A program made the position numbers and the translations under genes. Shown here in pieces: positions 12,407 through 23,351 of a stretch of DNA of 64,000 nucleotides. The stretch's first letter is position 1. Every line of letters starts with the position of its first letter. This DNA comes from Escherichia phage vB_EcoM_R5505: the sequence record MK373786.1; one strand, 5' to 3'. Under the pieces are notes generated by a model. The model saw nothing but the letters and a program-made list of their open reading frames with translations. It was not told the DNA's origin and ran no database searches.

Positions 12407-13537
12407 TTATGGATAGGTATAGATGATACCAGTTTCTAAAGCAGTTTTATGAATGATGTATCCATTACGTGATTCTTGAACATCAACTTCTGGATAGTCT
12501 TTCATCATCTTCTGAAGAGTATAACGATGCAGATAGTATTTACTATCTGGGTCTTCAGTTTTCCAATCTTTACCTTCTTCGGTCATTTTTTGGATTTCAT
12601 CCATAACCCACCAACCGCACCAGATGTAAGCTGAAGTACGATGTGGAAGAGGATGAACATAAGGCAATTCACCTTCTGGTTCTGGAGCAACTTTATCAGT
12701 TACCTGAACTTGACCTTCTGCTGTAATAGTTTTGCTATCATAATCAGCAGCAGTAACAGTTGCAGTAACTTCAATAGTTTGACTTCCAATAGATGAGGTA
12801 TCAACGGTATATACATTAGTTGACCCTTCTACAGGAGAAGAATCTTTCTTCCATGAGTATTCGATTTGTGCTTCTTCTGGAGCATCAGTGACATTAGCAG
12901 TAAATGTAGCCAAAGCATCTTGTTGAACGTCAATAGAAGGAGGAGTCAATGTAACCTGTGGATTCATTGTCTTCTTATTAACCGTTAATGATACTTCATT
13001 CGAAGTAACTTCCTTTGCATCATAATCTGCCGCGGTTACTTGAGCCACACACTTAATTGTTTTAACTCCGCTTGCGGTAGGAGTGTAATTGAATGTAGCA
13101 GAAGTTGCTTCGCCCACAGGAGAATCATCTACATACCATTGATAAGTAGCGTTTGCGCCTGATGGCTGCGAAGCTAAAGTAGCGGTAAATTCAACAGCTG
13201 TTCCGATTACTCCAGCCGCAGGACTATCAGGAGTTACTGCCAAGGTAGTCGTCTGAGTCTTGTTTTTGACTGTGATAGTTGTACTAATTTCAGCTGTTTC
13301 AGCTTCAGAATCAGGAATAGTATTTGTTGCAACTACCTTAATAGTCTTTTGACCGGCAGGTCCTTTTAATACATAATCAAAAGTTGCGGCTGATCCTTCT
13401 TGGGGAGCATTATCTACACTCCATGCATAGGTAATAGTTCCACCTTCAGCCTGACCACTAGGTGCAGCAGTAAACTGTTTGGTTTCATCAATAACCCCTG
13501 TTGGTGTTTTAGGAGTTATATCAACTGTAAAAGCCAT
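12407..13537 (-). CDS. hoc: Highly immunogenic outer capsid protein (Ig-like tandem domains)
   Basis: 376 aa as T4 Hoc; repeated Ig-like segments; conserved C-terminal capsid-binding region (…PYVHPLPHR…CGWWVMDE…). Confidence 0.9.
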   Translation of the reverse strand: MAFTVDITPKTPTGVIDETKQFTAAPSGQAEGGTITYAWSVDNAPQEGSAATFDYVLKGPAGQKTIKVVATNTIPDSEAETAEISTTITVKNKTQTTTLAVTPDSPAAGVIGTAVEFTATLASQPSGANATYQWYVDDSPVGEATSATFNYTPTASGVKTIKCVAQVTAADYDAKEVTSNEVSLTVNKKTMNPQVTLTPPSIDVQQDALATFTANVTDAPEEAQIEYSWKKDSSPVEGSTNVYTVDTSSIGSQTIEVTATVTAADYDSKTITAEGQVQVTDKVAPEPEGELPYVHPLPHRTSAYIWCGWWVMDEIQKMTEEGKDWKTEDPDSKYYLHRYTLQKMMKDYPEVDVQESRNGYIIHKTALETGIIYTYP

Positions 13538-13546
13538 AAGTTATCC

Positions 13547-14227
13547 TTATTTTAATGTTACGAAAGAAGAATTGCGTGTTTCACGAATTAAAACTGATCC
13601 GTCACGGTTAATGTAATAAATTAAGCTAAATAAAGTTTGGTGTGCTGACGCGTGTTCAAAACTAGTTGGGTGAGATTTCCAATCAGGAGTTTCAGCAATC
13701 CATTGATAAATCCACCAAGGAACGGTACAAAATCCTGGATTTTTTCCAATCAGCTGAAGATTCGGACTAAAGTTTTCCGGAAGAGTAAATACAGACGGCT
13801 TTTCAGATTCAATAATCTCAGCTACAGCCTGTTCAAATTTTTCTTCAACAAAAGGAGTATCTTCAATCAAAACTGAGGTATTTTCAGGAATTTTATCCGT
13901 TTCTACTACTTCAATTTTAATGTCAGATTTAACCGGAGAATCAATCAGAAGTGCTGCTTCTGGATTGACTTCTTCATCGTCATATTTTAATCCCTCTGCG
14001 GCATCAGCAGCATCAATTAAGTCTTTAATAGATAACCCATCAGTCTCTGGCATAGGTTCACTAGCAAGCTTCTGGAGGGCTTCTTCAATATCAACAACGA
14101 TATTATCAAAAGATTTATTCTTTTTGACCTTTATACCAAACTGTTCAGCATATTCAGCTAATTTAGCTTTAGCTTCTTTATTATCATCAAGAGCCTTCAG
14201 CTCTGCAATATAATCTTTATCTATCAT
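13547..14227 (-). CDS. inh: Inhibitor of prohead protease
   Basis: 226 aa, position between hoc and uvsW as in T4. Confidence 0.78.
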   Translation of the reverse strand: MIDKDYIAELKALDDNKEAKAKLAEYAEQFGIKVKKNKSFDNIVVDIEEALQKLASEPMPETDGLSIKDLIDAADAAEGLKYDDEEVNPEAALLIDSPVKSDIKIEVVETDKIPENTSVLIEDTPFVEEKFEQAVAEIIESEKPSVFTLPENFSPNLQLIGKNPGFCTVPWWIYQWIAETPDWKSHPTSFEHASAHQTLFSLIYYINRDGSVLIRETRNSSFVTLK

Positions 14228-14240
14228 AATATTTCCTCAG

Positions 14241-14248
14241 TATAAATA
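14241..14248 (+). promoter_or_regulatory. Late promoter TATAAATA (uvsW)
   Basis: Exact octamer 30 nt upstream of the uvsW ATG. Confidence 0.65.
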
Positions 14249-14277
14249 TAGATATATTTATTACATGGTATTTAGAC

Positions 14278-15789
14278 ATGACTGACATTAAAGTACATTT
14301 TTATGATTTTAGTCACGTGAGAATTGATTGTGAAGAAAGTACATTTCATGAACTCCGTGATTTCTTTAGCTTTGAAGCTGATGGGTATCGTTTTAATCCG
14401 AAATACAAATATGGCCACTGGGATGGACGAATCCGTCTTTTAGATTATAATCGTCTTCTTCCATTCGGCTTAGTCGGGCAAATTAAAAAGTTCTGTGATA
14501 ACTTTGGCTATAAAGCCTGGATTGACCCACAAATTAACGAAAAAGAAGAATTATCAAGAAAAGATTTTGATGAATGGCTTTCTAAATTAGAAATCTATTC
14601 AGGAAATAAAAGAATTGAACCACACTGGTATCAAAAAGATGCAGTGTTCGAAGGATTAGTTAATCGTCGTAGAATTCTTAATCTTCCAACATCCGCTGGT
14701 AAATCTTTAATTCAAGCTTTGCTTGCGCGATATTATTTGGAAAATTATGAAGGTAAAATTCTTATCATTGTTCCAACAACTGCTCTGACAACTCAGATGG
14801 CTGATGACTTCGTCGACTATCGTTTATTCAGTCATGCAATGATAAAGAAAATTGGTGGCGGAGCATCAAAAGATGATAAATATAAAAATGATGCACCAGT
14901 CGTTGTTGGTACATGGCAAACTGTAGTAAAACAACCGAAAGAATGGTTCTCACAGTTTGGAATGATGATGAATGATGAATGCCATCTTGCTACAGGAAAA
15001 AGTATTTCATCTATCATATCAGGTTTAAATAACTGCATGTTCAAATTTGGTCTATCAGGTTCATTACGTGATGGCAAAGCCAATATCATGCAGTATGTTG
15101 GAATGTTTGGTGAAATATTTAAGCCAGTAACGACTTCTAAATTAATGGAAGATGGACAAGTAACTGAGCTAAAAATTAATAGTATTTTTCTTCGCTATCC
15201 CGATGAGTTCACTACTAAATTAAAGGGAAAAACTTATCAAGAAGAAATAAAAATTATTACTGGGCTTAGTAAAAGAAATAAATGGATCGCTAAATTAGCT
15301 ATTAAGCTTGCGCAAAAAGATGAAAACGCTTTTGTCATGTTTAAACATGTATCGCATGGTAAAGCTATTTTCGATTTAATTAAAAATGAATACGATAAAG
15401 TTTATTACGTATCAGGGGAAGTTGATACCGAAACCCGCAATATAATGAAAACCTTAGCTGAAAATGGTAAAGGAATAATTATAGTAGCTAGTTATGGTGT
15501 ATTTTCTACTGGTATTTCAGTTAAAAATCTGCATCACGTTGTTTTAGCGCACGGTGTTAAATCAAAAATCATTGTATTACAAACAATCGGTCGTGTATTA
15601 CGTAAGCATGGTTCTAAGACAATAGCAACTGTCTGGGACCTCATAGATGATTGTGGCGTTAAGCCAAAATCTGCTAATACGAAAAAGAAATATGTTCATT
15701 TGAACTATCTTTTAAAACACGGCATTGATCGTATTCAGCGCTACGCAGATGAAAAATTTAATTACGTAATGAAAACAGTTAATTTATAA
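14278..15789 (+). CDS. uvsW: UvsW DNA/RNA helicase (SF2)
   Basis: 503 aa; Walker A-like PTSAGKS and DExH-like NDECH motifs; matches T4 UvsW. Confidence 0.93.
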   Translation: MTDIKVHFYDFSHVRIDCEESTFHELRDFFSFEADGYRFNPKYKYGHWDGRIRLLDYNRLLPFGLVGQIKKFCDNFGYKAWIDPQINEKEELSRKDFDEWLSKLEIYSGNKRIEPHWYQKDAVFEGLVNRRRILNLPTSAGKSLIQALLARYYLENYEGKILIIVPTTALTTQMADDFVDYRLFSHAMIKKIGGGASKDDKYKNDAPVVVGTWQTVVKQPKEWFSQFGMMMNDECHLATGKSISSIISGLNNCMFKFGLSGSLRDGKANIMQYVGMFGEIFKPVTTSKLMEDGQVTELKINSIFLRYPDEFTTKLKGKTYQEEIKIITGLSKRNKWIAKLAIKLAQKDENAFVMFKHVSHGKAIFDLIKNEYDKVYYVSGEVDTETRNIMKTLAENGKGIIIVASYGVFSTGISVKNLHHVVLAHGVKSKIIVLQTIGRVLRKHGSKTIATVWDLIDDCGVKPKSANTKKKYVHLNYLLKHGIDRIQRYADEKFNYVMKTVNL

Positions 15790-15801
15790 GGGCTTCGGCC
15801 C
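15790..15801 (+). terminator. Hairpin gggcttcggccc after uvsW
   Basis: UUCG tetraloop hairpin followed by TTT. Confidence 0.55.
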
Positions 15802-15814
15802 TTTGGAGAAAAAG

Positions 15815-16045
15815 ATGTTACTAGAATTTAAACAATTTCTTTATGAAGCTTCTATTGATGAATTTATGGGTAAAATTGCCTCTTGTCAAACATTAGAAGG
15901 TTTAGAAGAACTTGAAGCTTATTATAAGAAAAGAGTCAAAGAAACTGAATTAAAAGATACTGATGACATCTCAGTTAGAGATGCTTTGGCAGGAAAAAGA
16001 GCTGAATTAGAAGATTCAGACGATGAAGTAGAAGAAAGCTTTTAA
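15815..16045 (+). CDS. uvsW.1: UvsW.1 small acidic protein
   Basis: ORF 15803..16045 starts at TTG in the track; ATG at 15815 after GGAG (15805-15808) gives 76 aa. Confidence 0.7.
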   Translation: MLLEFKQFLYEASIDEFMGKIASCQTLEGLEELEAYYKKRVKETELKDTDDISVRDALAGKRAELEDSDDEVEESF

Positions 16046-16100
16046 ATTAAAAAAGGCCCAACCAAAAAGGAAGGGCCAAAACTATAGACTAAAGGTCACA

Positions 16101-16268
16101 CTATAGCAAAAGTTGTGTTTCATTTAATTGTTCTTCCGAACTTTCTGAAACTGGTAGTTCTTTAATGTAATTATAGCAAGGCCCAGGATGTACAGGACCT
16201 TTGTCTGTTTCAACAACCAATGCAGAATCGATTGGAGTTTTACAGACAACACAAATCTTATCTGACAT
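16101..16268 (-). CDS. Small Cys-containing protein (position of T4 uvsY.-2), below the ORF-track size cutoff
   Basis: Hand-translated 55-aa ORF MSDKICVVCKTPIDSALVVETDKGPVHPGPCYNYIKELPVSESSEEQLNETQLLL; CxxC...C pattern. Confidence 0.45.
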   Translation of the reverse strand: MSDKICVVCKTPIDSALVVETDKGPVHPGPCYNYIKELPVSESSEEQLNETQLLL

Positions 16269-16296
16269 GATTGTCTCCTCTGAATTATATATCTAT

Positions 16297-16521
16297 TTAT
16301 ACAACTCTCATATGCATATCAATGCCCATATCTTTAGAATAAAAATATTCATCAAGATATCCGGCAAATTTTCCTTTAATATAAAGGACATCTTCACCAC
16401 ACGGGTGGTCGGCCAGGATACGAATATCCTGACGCTTAAGATTATGCTTTTTCATTAAGAATTGAATCTCAGTTTCAAATTCTTCTTCATAATTAAAAGC
16501 ATCATCAATGCTATATCTCAT
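16297..16521 (-). CDS. Hypothetical protein (position of T4 uvsY.-1)
   Basis: 74-aa ORF, start overlaps the uvsY stop. Confidence 0.65.
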   Translation of the reverse strand: MRYSIDDAFNYEEEFETEIQFLMKKHNLKRQDIRILADHPCGEDVLYIKGKFAGYLDEYFYSKDMGIDMHMRVV

Positions 16522-16934
16522 TATTTTCCAGCCTCAAATGCTCGCATGTCTTGAATATGCTTAATAGCAAATCCGCGTGATTTGATAGCATCAAGAGCTC
16601 CGCTACAGAAATCTAATAAAATCCCCCAATACTGTAACGAGGTATCAACCTTTAAAACATCCTTATCAGCTGATAGAACTGTCTTCATTTCTGATTTCTC
16701 GTAACGATCCATACTAAATTCATCACCATCTCCTCGTCCCGAGTAGTAGTCTAATTTAGCTTTAAGAGCAACTTTTTTCTGTGCATCAATTCTAAGCATT
16801 TCCTTTTTAATACTTGAATGCTTATTAAGCCATTTACTATATAACATCACATTATTAGCTGCTTCATACTGTAATTTAGTCGAATCTATAAACACATCTT
16901 TCTTCAATTCTTCTTGAAGATCTTCTAATCTCAT
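16521..16934 (-). CDS. uvsY: UvsY recombination mediator protein
   Basis: 137 aa as T4 UvsY; MotA-box middle promoter upstream. Confidence 0.92.
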   Translation of the reverse strand: MRLEDLQEELKKDVFIDSTKLQYEAANNVMLYSKWLNKHSSIKKEMLRIDAQKKVALKAKLDYYSGRGDGDEFSMDRYEKSEMKTVLSADKDVLKVDTSLQYWGILLDFCSGALDAIKSRGFAIKHIQDMRAFEAGK

Positions 16935-16974
16935 ATTGTTCTCTATTCAATTGTTATTGGATGGACTTAGATTC

Positions 16975-17000
16975 ATTATACCACGTTTTAACGTGAAGCA
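16975..17000 (-). promoter_or_regulatory. MotA-dependent middle promoter (uvsY)
   Basis: Minus strand reads aTGCTTCA-(13 nt)-TATAAT: MotA box at -30 and sigma70 -10, no -35. Confidence 0.6.
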
Positions 17001-17399
17001 TTATACTCTATTACTGGAAGCCAGTTGCAGTTTTATCTGCTCAATATCATCAGGATTATCGATGACCGAAAAGCGTATTTCTACTATCAGAGTATAATCA
17101 TCATAAACCGGTATTACATTAACTGCTAATTTATCAATACGTGGCTCATAGTTTCTTACTGCGCTTTCGATGTTACGCTCAACCGTATCAGCAGTAAGAG
17201 GAGTCATATTTTCAAAAAGCTGATCTGATAAATCACATCCAAATTCAGGGTCAAACGGTCTTGAACCTTTTCTTGTTGTAATAATTCCCAAAAGACTGTT
17301 TTTAATTGACCTTAATCCAAGTGATCTGGAAACGTCTTTGTTCCAATCCATTTTCATTTCCGGGTCAATGTCAGAATAAAGCTTATTAATATTTGACAT
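17001..17399 (-). CDS. 25: Baseplate wedge subunit
   Basis: 132 aa as T4 gp25. Confidence 0.92.
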   Translation of the reverse strand: MSNINKLYSDIDPEMKMDWNKDVSRSLGLRSIKNSLLGIITTRKGSRPFDPEFGCDLSDQLFENMTPLTADTVERNIESAVRNYEPRIDKLAVNVIPVYDDYTLIVEIRFSVIDNPDDIEQIKLQLASSNRV

Positions 17400-18025
17400 T
17401 ATAGTAACTCAAAGAACTCTTTGAGGCCTCTTATTACGTGAGCATGGGTTTTTCCACACTCTGGACACTTAATTGGAACAGCCAAATAAACAGTAGGCTT
17501 TAAAAGCATATCTTTTATAGCTACAATATCTGACTCTGTGATGATAGAATATAAATCTTCCAGCTCTTTTTCATTTAAGTCTTCAACTGGAATGCTTTCC
17601 CCGTTAGCGTGAATCGTTTCTATACATGATACTATCATGTGGGCTATATTTTTATCATCAAAAATTTTAGGGTATCGGAATTTAATTTTAATGTCACCCA
17701 GTGTATACCAGAGGTCTTCTGGTGCATCTATTTGTGTATGTAATAGATTTATATGGGTTGATATTTCAGTTCCACAGGTGCACTTCCAGGAGTTTTCGTG
17801 ATTAACTTCACCGAGAGAATGTGCCCATAAATGAATCAACAATAGTTCTGATTCTTGGCGGTTTAAATCTTTTGCATTTGTGCAGTCTTTGATTAGCTTT
17901 TTAACAATTACTTCTACGGAACCATTATTTTTGGCAGTAATAAGTTCTAGATATTCTTTAAGCGTGAATGCGCGACAATTGATTATTTTAGAACCAACTC
18001 TCACATCAAATTTGTATTCATACAT
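17399..18025 (-). CDS. 26: Baseplate hub subunit
   Basis: 208 aa as T4 gp26; divergent from gene 51 with an overlapping late promoter. Confidence 0.88.
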   Translation of the reverse strand: MYEYKFDVRVGSKIINCRAFTLKEYLELITAKNNGSVEVIVKKLIKDCTNAKDLNRQESELLLIHLWAHSLGEVNHENSWKCTCGTEISTHINLLHTQIDAPEDLWYTLGDIKIKFRYPKIFDDKNIAHMIVSCIETIHANGESIPVEDLNEKELEDLYSIITESDIVAIKDMLLKPTVYLAVPIKCPECGKTHAHVIRGLKEFFELL

Positions 18026-18047
18026 ATTTTAGCTCCTTTATTTATCA

Positions 18048-18055
18048 TATTTATA
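18048..18055 (-). promoter_or_regulatory. Late promoter TATAAATA (genes 26-25), overlapping the gene 51 promoter
   Basis: Plus-strand TATTTATA is the reverse complement of TATAAATA. Confidence 0.65.
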
Positions 18056-18059
18056 AATA
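18052..18059 (+). promoter_or_regulatory. Late promoter TATAAATA (gene 51)
   Basis: Within TATTTATAAATA, which carries the octamer on both strands. Confidence 0.7.
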
Positions 18060-18076
18060 GAATAAAAGGAGCATCT

Positions 18077-18826
18077 ATGGCAAACATTATTCGTTGTAAA
18101 TTACCAGATGGTGTTCATCGTTTTAAACCATTTACGGTAGAAGATTATCGAGATTTTTTGTTAGTTCGAAACGATATAGAACATCGGTCACCACAAGAAC
18201 AAAAAGAAATAATTACTGATTTAATTGATGATTATTTTGGAGACTATCCGAAGACTTGGCAACCATTTATATTTTTGCAGGTATTTGTAGGGTCAATAGG
18301 TAAAACAAAAGTACCAGTCACATTCGTATGTCCAAAATGTAAAAAAGAAAAGACAGTTCCATTTGAAATATACCAAAAAGAATTAAAGGAACCTGTTTTT
18401 GATGTAGCTAATGTTAAAATTAAATTAAAGTTTCCTTCTGAGTTTTATGAAAATAAAGCAAAGATGATTACTGAAAATATTCATTCTGTTCAAGTAGATG
18501 AAATATGGTATGATTGGAAGGAAATTAGTGAATCAAGCCAAATAGAACTTGTTGACGCCATCGAGATAGAAACATTAGAAAAAATTCTCGATGCAATGAA
18601 TCCTATTAATTTAACTCTACATATGTCATGCTGTAATAAGTACATTAAAAAATACACTGATATAGTAGACGTGTTTAAGCTATTAGTTAACCCAGATGAG
18701 ATATTTACTTTTTATCAAATTAACCACACACTTGTAAAAAGCAATTATAGCTTAAATTCAATAATGAAAATGATTCCTGCTGAGCGCGGATTCGTATTAA
18801 AACTGATTGAGAAGGATAAACAATAA
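18077..18826 (+). CDS. 51: Baseplate hub assembly catalyst
   Basis: 249 aa as T4 gp51; late promoter at 18052-18059. Confidence 0.88.
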   Translation: MANIIRCKLPDGVHRFKPFTVEDYRDFLLVRNDIEHRSPQEQKEIITDLIDDYFGDYPKTWQPFIFLQVFVGSIGKTKVPVTFVCPKCKKEKTVPFEIYQKELKEPVFDVANVKIKLKFPSEFYENKAKMITENIHSVQVDEIWYDWKEISESSQIELVDAIEIETLEKILDAMNPINLTLHMSCCNKYIKKYTDIVDVFKLLVNPDEIFTFYQINHTLVKSNYSLNSIMKMIPAERGFVLKLIEKDKQ

Positions 18827-19998
18827 TGAGTATGTTGCAACGCCCCGGATATCCAAATCTCAGCGTTAAATTATTTGATAGCTACGACGCTTGGAGTAAT
18901 AATAGATTTGTTGAATTAGCTGCTACTATTACCACATTAACTATGCGGGATTCTCTTTATGGCCGAAATGAAGGAATGCTGCAGTTTTATGATTCTAAAA
19001 ACATCCATACAAAAATGGATGGAAATGAAATAATTCAGATTTCTGTAGCTAATGCAAACGATATTAATAATGTTAAAACACGAATTTATGGATGCAAGCA
19101 TTTTTCCGTGTCAGTAGATTCAAAAGGCGATAACATCATTGCTATTGAATTGGGAACTATTCATTCTATAGAAAATCTTAAATTTGGTAGACCATTTTTC
19201 CCTGATGCAGGTGAATCTATAAAAGAAATGCTTGGTGTCATTTATCAAGATCGCACATTATTAACTCCAGCAATAAATGCTATAAATGCTTATGTTCCTG
19301 ATATTCCATGGACTAGCACATTTGAAAACTATTTGTCATATGTAAGAGAAGTTGCTCTAGCTGTGGGAAGTGACAAATTTGTATTTGTGTGGCAAGACAT
19401 CATGGGAGTTAACATGATGGACTATGATATGATGATAAATCAAGAACCATATCCAATGATTGTCGGTGAGCCATCTTTAATAGGTCAATTCATCCAAGAA
19501 TTAAAATATCCATTAGCATATGATTTCGTTTGGTTGACTAAATCGAATCCTCACAAACGCGACCCAATGAAAAATGCTACTATCTATGCACATTCGTTTT
19601 TAGATTCTTCACTGCCAATGATTACTACAGGAAAGGGCGAAAACTCTATTGTGGTGTCAAGGTCAGGTGCTTATTCTGAAATGACTTATAGGAATGGCTA
19701 TGAAGAAGCTATTCGTCTTCAAACTATGGCGCAATATGACGGTTATGCTAAATGTTCTACTGTCGGTAATTTTAACTTGACTCCTGGTGTTAAAATTATT
19801 TTTAATGATAGTAAAAACCAATTTAAAACAGAATTTTACGTTGATGAAGTTATCCATGAATTATCCAATAATAATTCAGTAACTCATCTATATATGTTCA
19901 CTAATGCAACGAAACTGGAAACAATAGACCCAGTTAAGGTTAAAAATGAATTTAAATCTGATACTACCACTGAAGAAAGTAGTTCTTCCAATAAGTAA
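18826..19998 (+). CDS. 27: Baseplate hub subunit
   Basis: 390 aa (T4 gp27 about 391 aa). Confidence 0.92.
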   Translation: MSMLQRPGYPNLSVKLFDSYDAWSNNRFVELAATITTLTMRDSLYGRNEGMLQFYDSKNIHTKMDGNEIIQISVANANDINNVKTRIYGCKHFSVSVDSKGDNIIAIELGTIHSIENLKFGRPFFPDAGESIKEMLGVIYQDRTLLTPAINAINAYVPDIPWTSTFENYLSYVREVALAVGSDKFVFVWQDIMGVNMMDYDMMINQEPYPMIVGEPSLIGQFIQELKYPLAYDFVWLTKSNPHKRDPMKNATIYAHSFLDSSLPMITTGKGENSIVVSRSGAYSEMTYRNGYEEAIRLQTMAQYDGYAKCSTVGNFNLTPGVKIIFNDSKNQFKTEFYVDEVIHELSNNNSVTHLYMFTNATKLETIDPVKVKNEFKSDTTTEESSSSNK

Positions 19999-20479
19999 TA
20001 AAGAAGTTTCTATTCCTAAAATGGGTCTTAAACATTATAACATTTTAAAAGATGTTAAAGGTCCTGATGAAAATTTAAAACTTCTTATTGATTCTATTTG
20101 TCCGAATTTATCACCGGCAGAAGTTGATTTCGTTTCTATTCATTTATTGGAATTTAATGGAAAGATTAAATCTCGTAAAGAAATAGATGGTTATACTTAT
20201 GACATTAATGATGTTTATGTGTGCCAAAGATTAGAATTTCAATACCAAGGAAATACATTTTATTTTAGACCTCCTGGAAAATTTGAACAATTTTTAACGG
20301 TGAGCGATATGTTATCTAAATGCTTGCTTAAGGTCAATGATGAAGTTAAAGAAATTAATTTTCTTGAGATGCCAGCATTCGTTTTAAAATGGGCAAATGA
20401 TATTTTTACAACTTTAGCAATTCCTGGCCCTAATGGTCCAATAACTGGAATTGGCAATATTATTGGATTATTTGAATGA
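19946..20479 (+). CDS. 28: Baseplate hub distal subunit
   Basis: 177 aa as T4 gp28; 53-nt overlap with gene 27. Confidence 0.88.
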   Translation: MNLNLILPLKKVVLPISNKEVSIPKMGLKHYNILKDVKGPDENLKLLIDSICPNLSPAEVDFVSIHLLEFNGKIKSRKEIDGYTYDINDVYVCQRLEFQYQGNTFYFRPPGKFEQFLTVSDMLSKCLLKVNDEVKEINFLEMPAFVLKWANDIFTTLAIPGPNGPITGIGNIIGLFE

Positions 20480-22248
20480 AAAAGCCACAAGAAATGCAAA
20501 CGATGCGTAGAAAAGTTATTTCAGATAATAAACCAACACAGGAAGCGGCTAAATCCGCTTCCAACACTTTATCTGGACTTAATGATATATCTACGAAATT
20601 GGATGATGCTCAAGCTGCTTCTGAATTAATAGCTCAAACTGTCGAAGAAAAATCGAATGAAATAGTTGGAGCAATTGGTAACGTAGAAAGCGCAGTGAGT
20701 GATACTACTGCCGGTTCTGAGTTAATTGCTGAAACTGTTGAAATTGGCAACAATATTAATAAAGAAATCGGTGAATCACTCGGGAGCAAATTAGATAAAT
20801 TAACAAGTTTACTAGAGCAAAAAATTCAGACAGCTGGAATTCAACAGACTGGAACTAGTTTAGCCACAGTTGAAAGCGCTATTCCTGTTAAAGTCGTTGA
20901 GGATGATACTGCTGAATCTGTGGGTCCTTTATTACCGGCCCCTGAAGCAGTTAATAATGATCCTGACGCTGATTTTTTCCCTACCCCTCAGCCAGTTGAA
21001 CCCAAACAAGAATCGCCAGAAGAAAAACAGAAAAAAGAAGCATTTAACTTAAAATTATCTCAAGCTTTAGATAAATTAACGAAGACTGTTGATTTTGGAT
21101 TTAAAAAATCCATTTCAATTACTGATAAAATATCAAGCATGTTATTTAAGTACACCATCAGTGCTGCTATTGAAGCTGCTAAAATGACTGCAATGATATT
21201 GGCTGTTGTTGTTGGAATAGACCTGTTGATGGTTCATTTTAAATACTGGTCAGATAAATTTTCAAAAGCCTGGGATTTATTTAATACTGACTTTACTAAA
21301 TTCTCTAGCGAAACCGGAACATGGGGTCCTTTATTACAGAGCATCTTTGATTCTATTGATAAAATTAAACAACTTTGGGAAGCGGGAGATTGGGGTGGAT
21401 TGACAGTAGCTATTGTTGAAGGGCTTGGAAAGGTTCTTTATAATTTAGGAGAACTTATTCAGCTTGGAATGGCTAAATTATCTGCGGCAATTCTTCGAGT
21501 CATTCCTGGCATGAAGGATACTGCTGATGAAGTAGAAGGAAGAGCACTAGAAAATTTCCAAAATTCTACTGGAGCATCTCTCAATAAAGAAGACCAGGAA
21601 AAAGTTGCAAATTATCAAGATAAACGAATGAATGGAGACCTTGGTCCGATAGCAAAAGGATTAGATAAAATTGCTAATTGGAAAACTCGTGCATCTAATT
21701 GGATTCGTGGGGTTGATAATAAAGAAGCACTAACTACCGACGAAGAGCGTGCGGCAGAAGAAGAAAAATTAAAGCAACTTTCACCTGAAGAAAGAAAAAA
21801 TGCTTTAATGAAGGCTAATGAAGCCCGTGCCGCAATGATTCGCTTTGAAAAATATGCTGATTCAGCTGATATGAGTAAAGACTCAACGGTTAAATCAGTT
21901 GAAGCTGCCTATGAAGACCTTAAAAAACGGATGGATGACCCGGATTTAAATAATTCACCGGCAGTTAAAAAAGAACTTGCTGCTAGATTTTCTAAAATTG
22001 ATGCTACTTATCAAGAGCTCAAGAAAAATCAGCCTAATGCCAAACCTGAAACTTCTGCTAAATCACCAGAAGCGAAACAAGTCCAGGTGATTGAAAAGAA
22101 CAAAGCACAGCAAGCTCCTGTTCAACAAGCATCTCCTTCAATCAATAATACTAATAATGTTATTAAGAAAAATACTGTCGTTCATAATATGACACCCGTA
22201 ACGAGCACGACTGCTCCTGGTGTATTTGATGCGACTGGAGTTAATTAA
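20476..22248 (+). CDS. 29: Baseplate hub subunit / tail length determinator
   Basis: 590 aa as T4 gp29; ATGA overlap with gene 28. Confidence 0.92.
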   Translation: MKKPQEMQTMRRKVISDNKPTQEAAKSASNTLSGLNDISTKLDDAQAASELIAQTVEEKSNEIVGAIGNVESAVSDTTAGSELIAETVEIGNNINKEIGESLGSKLDKLTSLLEQKIQTAGIQQTGTSLATVESAIPVKVVEDDTAESVGPLLPAPEAVNNDPDADFFPTPQPVEPKQESPEEKQKKEAFNLKLSQALDKLTKTVDFGFKKSISITDKISSMLFKYTISAAIEAAKMTAMILAVVVGIDLLMVHFKYWSDKFSKAWDLFNTDFTKFSSETGTWGPLLQSIFDSIDKIKQLWEAGDWGGLTVAIVEGLGKVLYNLGELIQLGMAKLSAAILRVIPGMKDTADEVEGRALENFQNSTGASLNKEDQEKVANYQDKRMNGDLGPIAKGLDKIANWKTRASNWIRGVDNKEALTTDEERAAEEEKLKQLSPEERKNALMKANEARAAMIRFEKYADSADMSKDSTVKSVEAAYEDLKKRMDDPDLNNSPAVKKELAARFSKIDATYQELKKNQPNAKPETSAKSPEAKQVQVIEKNKAQQAPVQQASPSINNTNNVIKKNTVVHNMTPVTSTTAPGVFDATGVN

Positions 22249-22256
22249 GGAATAAT

Positions 22257-23351
22257 ATGGCAATTGTTAAAGAAATAACTGCTGATTTAATTAAAAAGTC
22301 TGGTGAGAAAATTTCAGCCGGACAGAGTACTAAATCAGAAGTAGGAACTAAAACATACACTGCCCAGTTTCCAACTGGGCGTGCTAGTGGTAATGACACT
22401 ACAGGGGACTTCCAGGTAACAGATCTATATAAGAATGGATTATTATTTACTGCATACAATATGTCATCTAGGGATTCTGGAAGTCTTAGATCGATGAGAT
22501 CTAACTACTCTTCTTCATCTTCGAGTATTTTACGTACAGCTAGAAACACTATTAGTAGTACAGTATCAAAACTATCAAATGGATTAATATCAAATAATAA
22601 TTCAGGAACAATAAGTAAATCTCCTATCGCAAATATTCTTTTACCGAGATCTAAATCTGATGTTGATACATCATCACATAGATTTAATGATGTTCAAGAA
22701 AGCCTCATCAGTAGAGGCGGAGGTACTGCTACTGGTGTGCTAAGTAATATTGCTTCAACCGCAGTATTTGGGGCGCTGGAAAGTATAACACAAGGTATAA
22801 TGGCTGATAATAATGAACAGATTTATACGACAGCCAGAAGTATGTATGGTGGTGCTGAAAATAGAACTAAAGTGTTTACATGGGATTTGACTCCACGTTC
22901 AACAGAAGATTTAATGGCTATTATTAATATCTATCAATATTTTAACTATTTTTCTTATGGTGAAACGGGTAAATCTCAATATGCTGCTGAAATAAAGGGA
23001 TATTTAGATGATTGGTATCGTTCTACGTTAATTGAACCTTTATCTCCGGAAGACGCAGCTAAAAATAAAACACTATTTGAGAAAATGACATCGAGTTTAA
23101 CTAACGTTCTAGTAGTTTCAAACCCGACAGTTTGGATGGTGAAAAACTTTGGTGCAACATCTAAGTTTGATGGAAAAACGGAAATATTCGGTCCATGTCA
23201 AATCCAGAGTATCAGATTTGATAAAACACCTAATGGTAACTTTAACGGATTAGCTATTGCTCCAAACCTCCCTAGTACATTTACTCTTGAGATTACTATG
23301 AGAGAAATTATCACGTTAAACCGTGCTTCTTTATATGCGGGGACTTTTTAA
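22257..23351 (+). CDS. 48: Baseplate tail tube cap
   Basis: 364 aa as T4 gp48. Confidence 0.9.
   Translation: MAIVKEITADLIKKSGEKISAGQSTKSEVGTKTYTAQFPTGRASGNDTTGDFQVTDLYKNGLLFTAYNMSSRDSGSLRSMRSNYSSSSSSILRTARNTISSTVSKLSNGLISNNNSGTISKSPIANILLPRSKSDVDTSSHRFNDVQESLISRGGGTATGVLSNIASTAVFGALESITQGIMADNNEQIYTTARSMYGGAENRTKVFTWDLTPRSTEDLMAIINIYQYFNYFSYGETGKSQYAAEIKGYLDDWYRSTLIEPLSPEDAAKNKTLFEKMTSSLTNVLVVSNPTVWMVKNFGATSKFDGKTEIFGPCQIQSIRFDKTPNGNFNGLAIAPNLPSTFTLEITMREIITLNRASLYAGTF

Noticed and set aside
16055-16077. Possible hairpin GGCCC...GGGCC between uvsW.1 and uvsY.-2
   Set aside because: Only a 5-bp stem with a 13-nt loop; too weak to call a terminator with confidence.
16201-16458. 85-aa plus-strand ORF
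   Set aside because: Overlaps the co-oriented minus-strand uvsY.-2 and uvsY.-1 ORFs that match T4 synteny.
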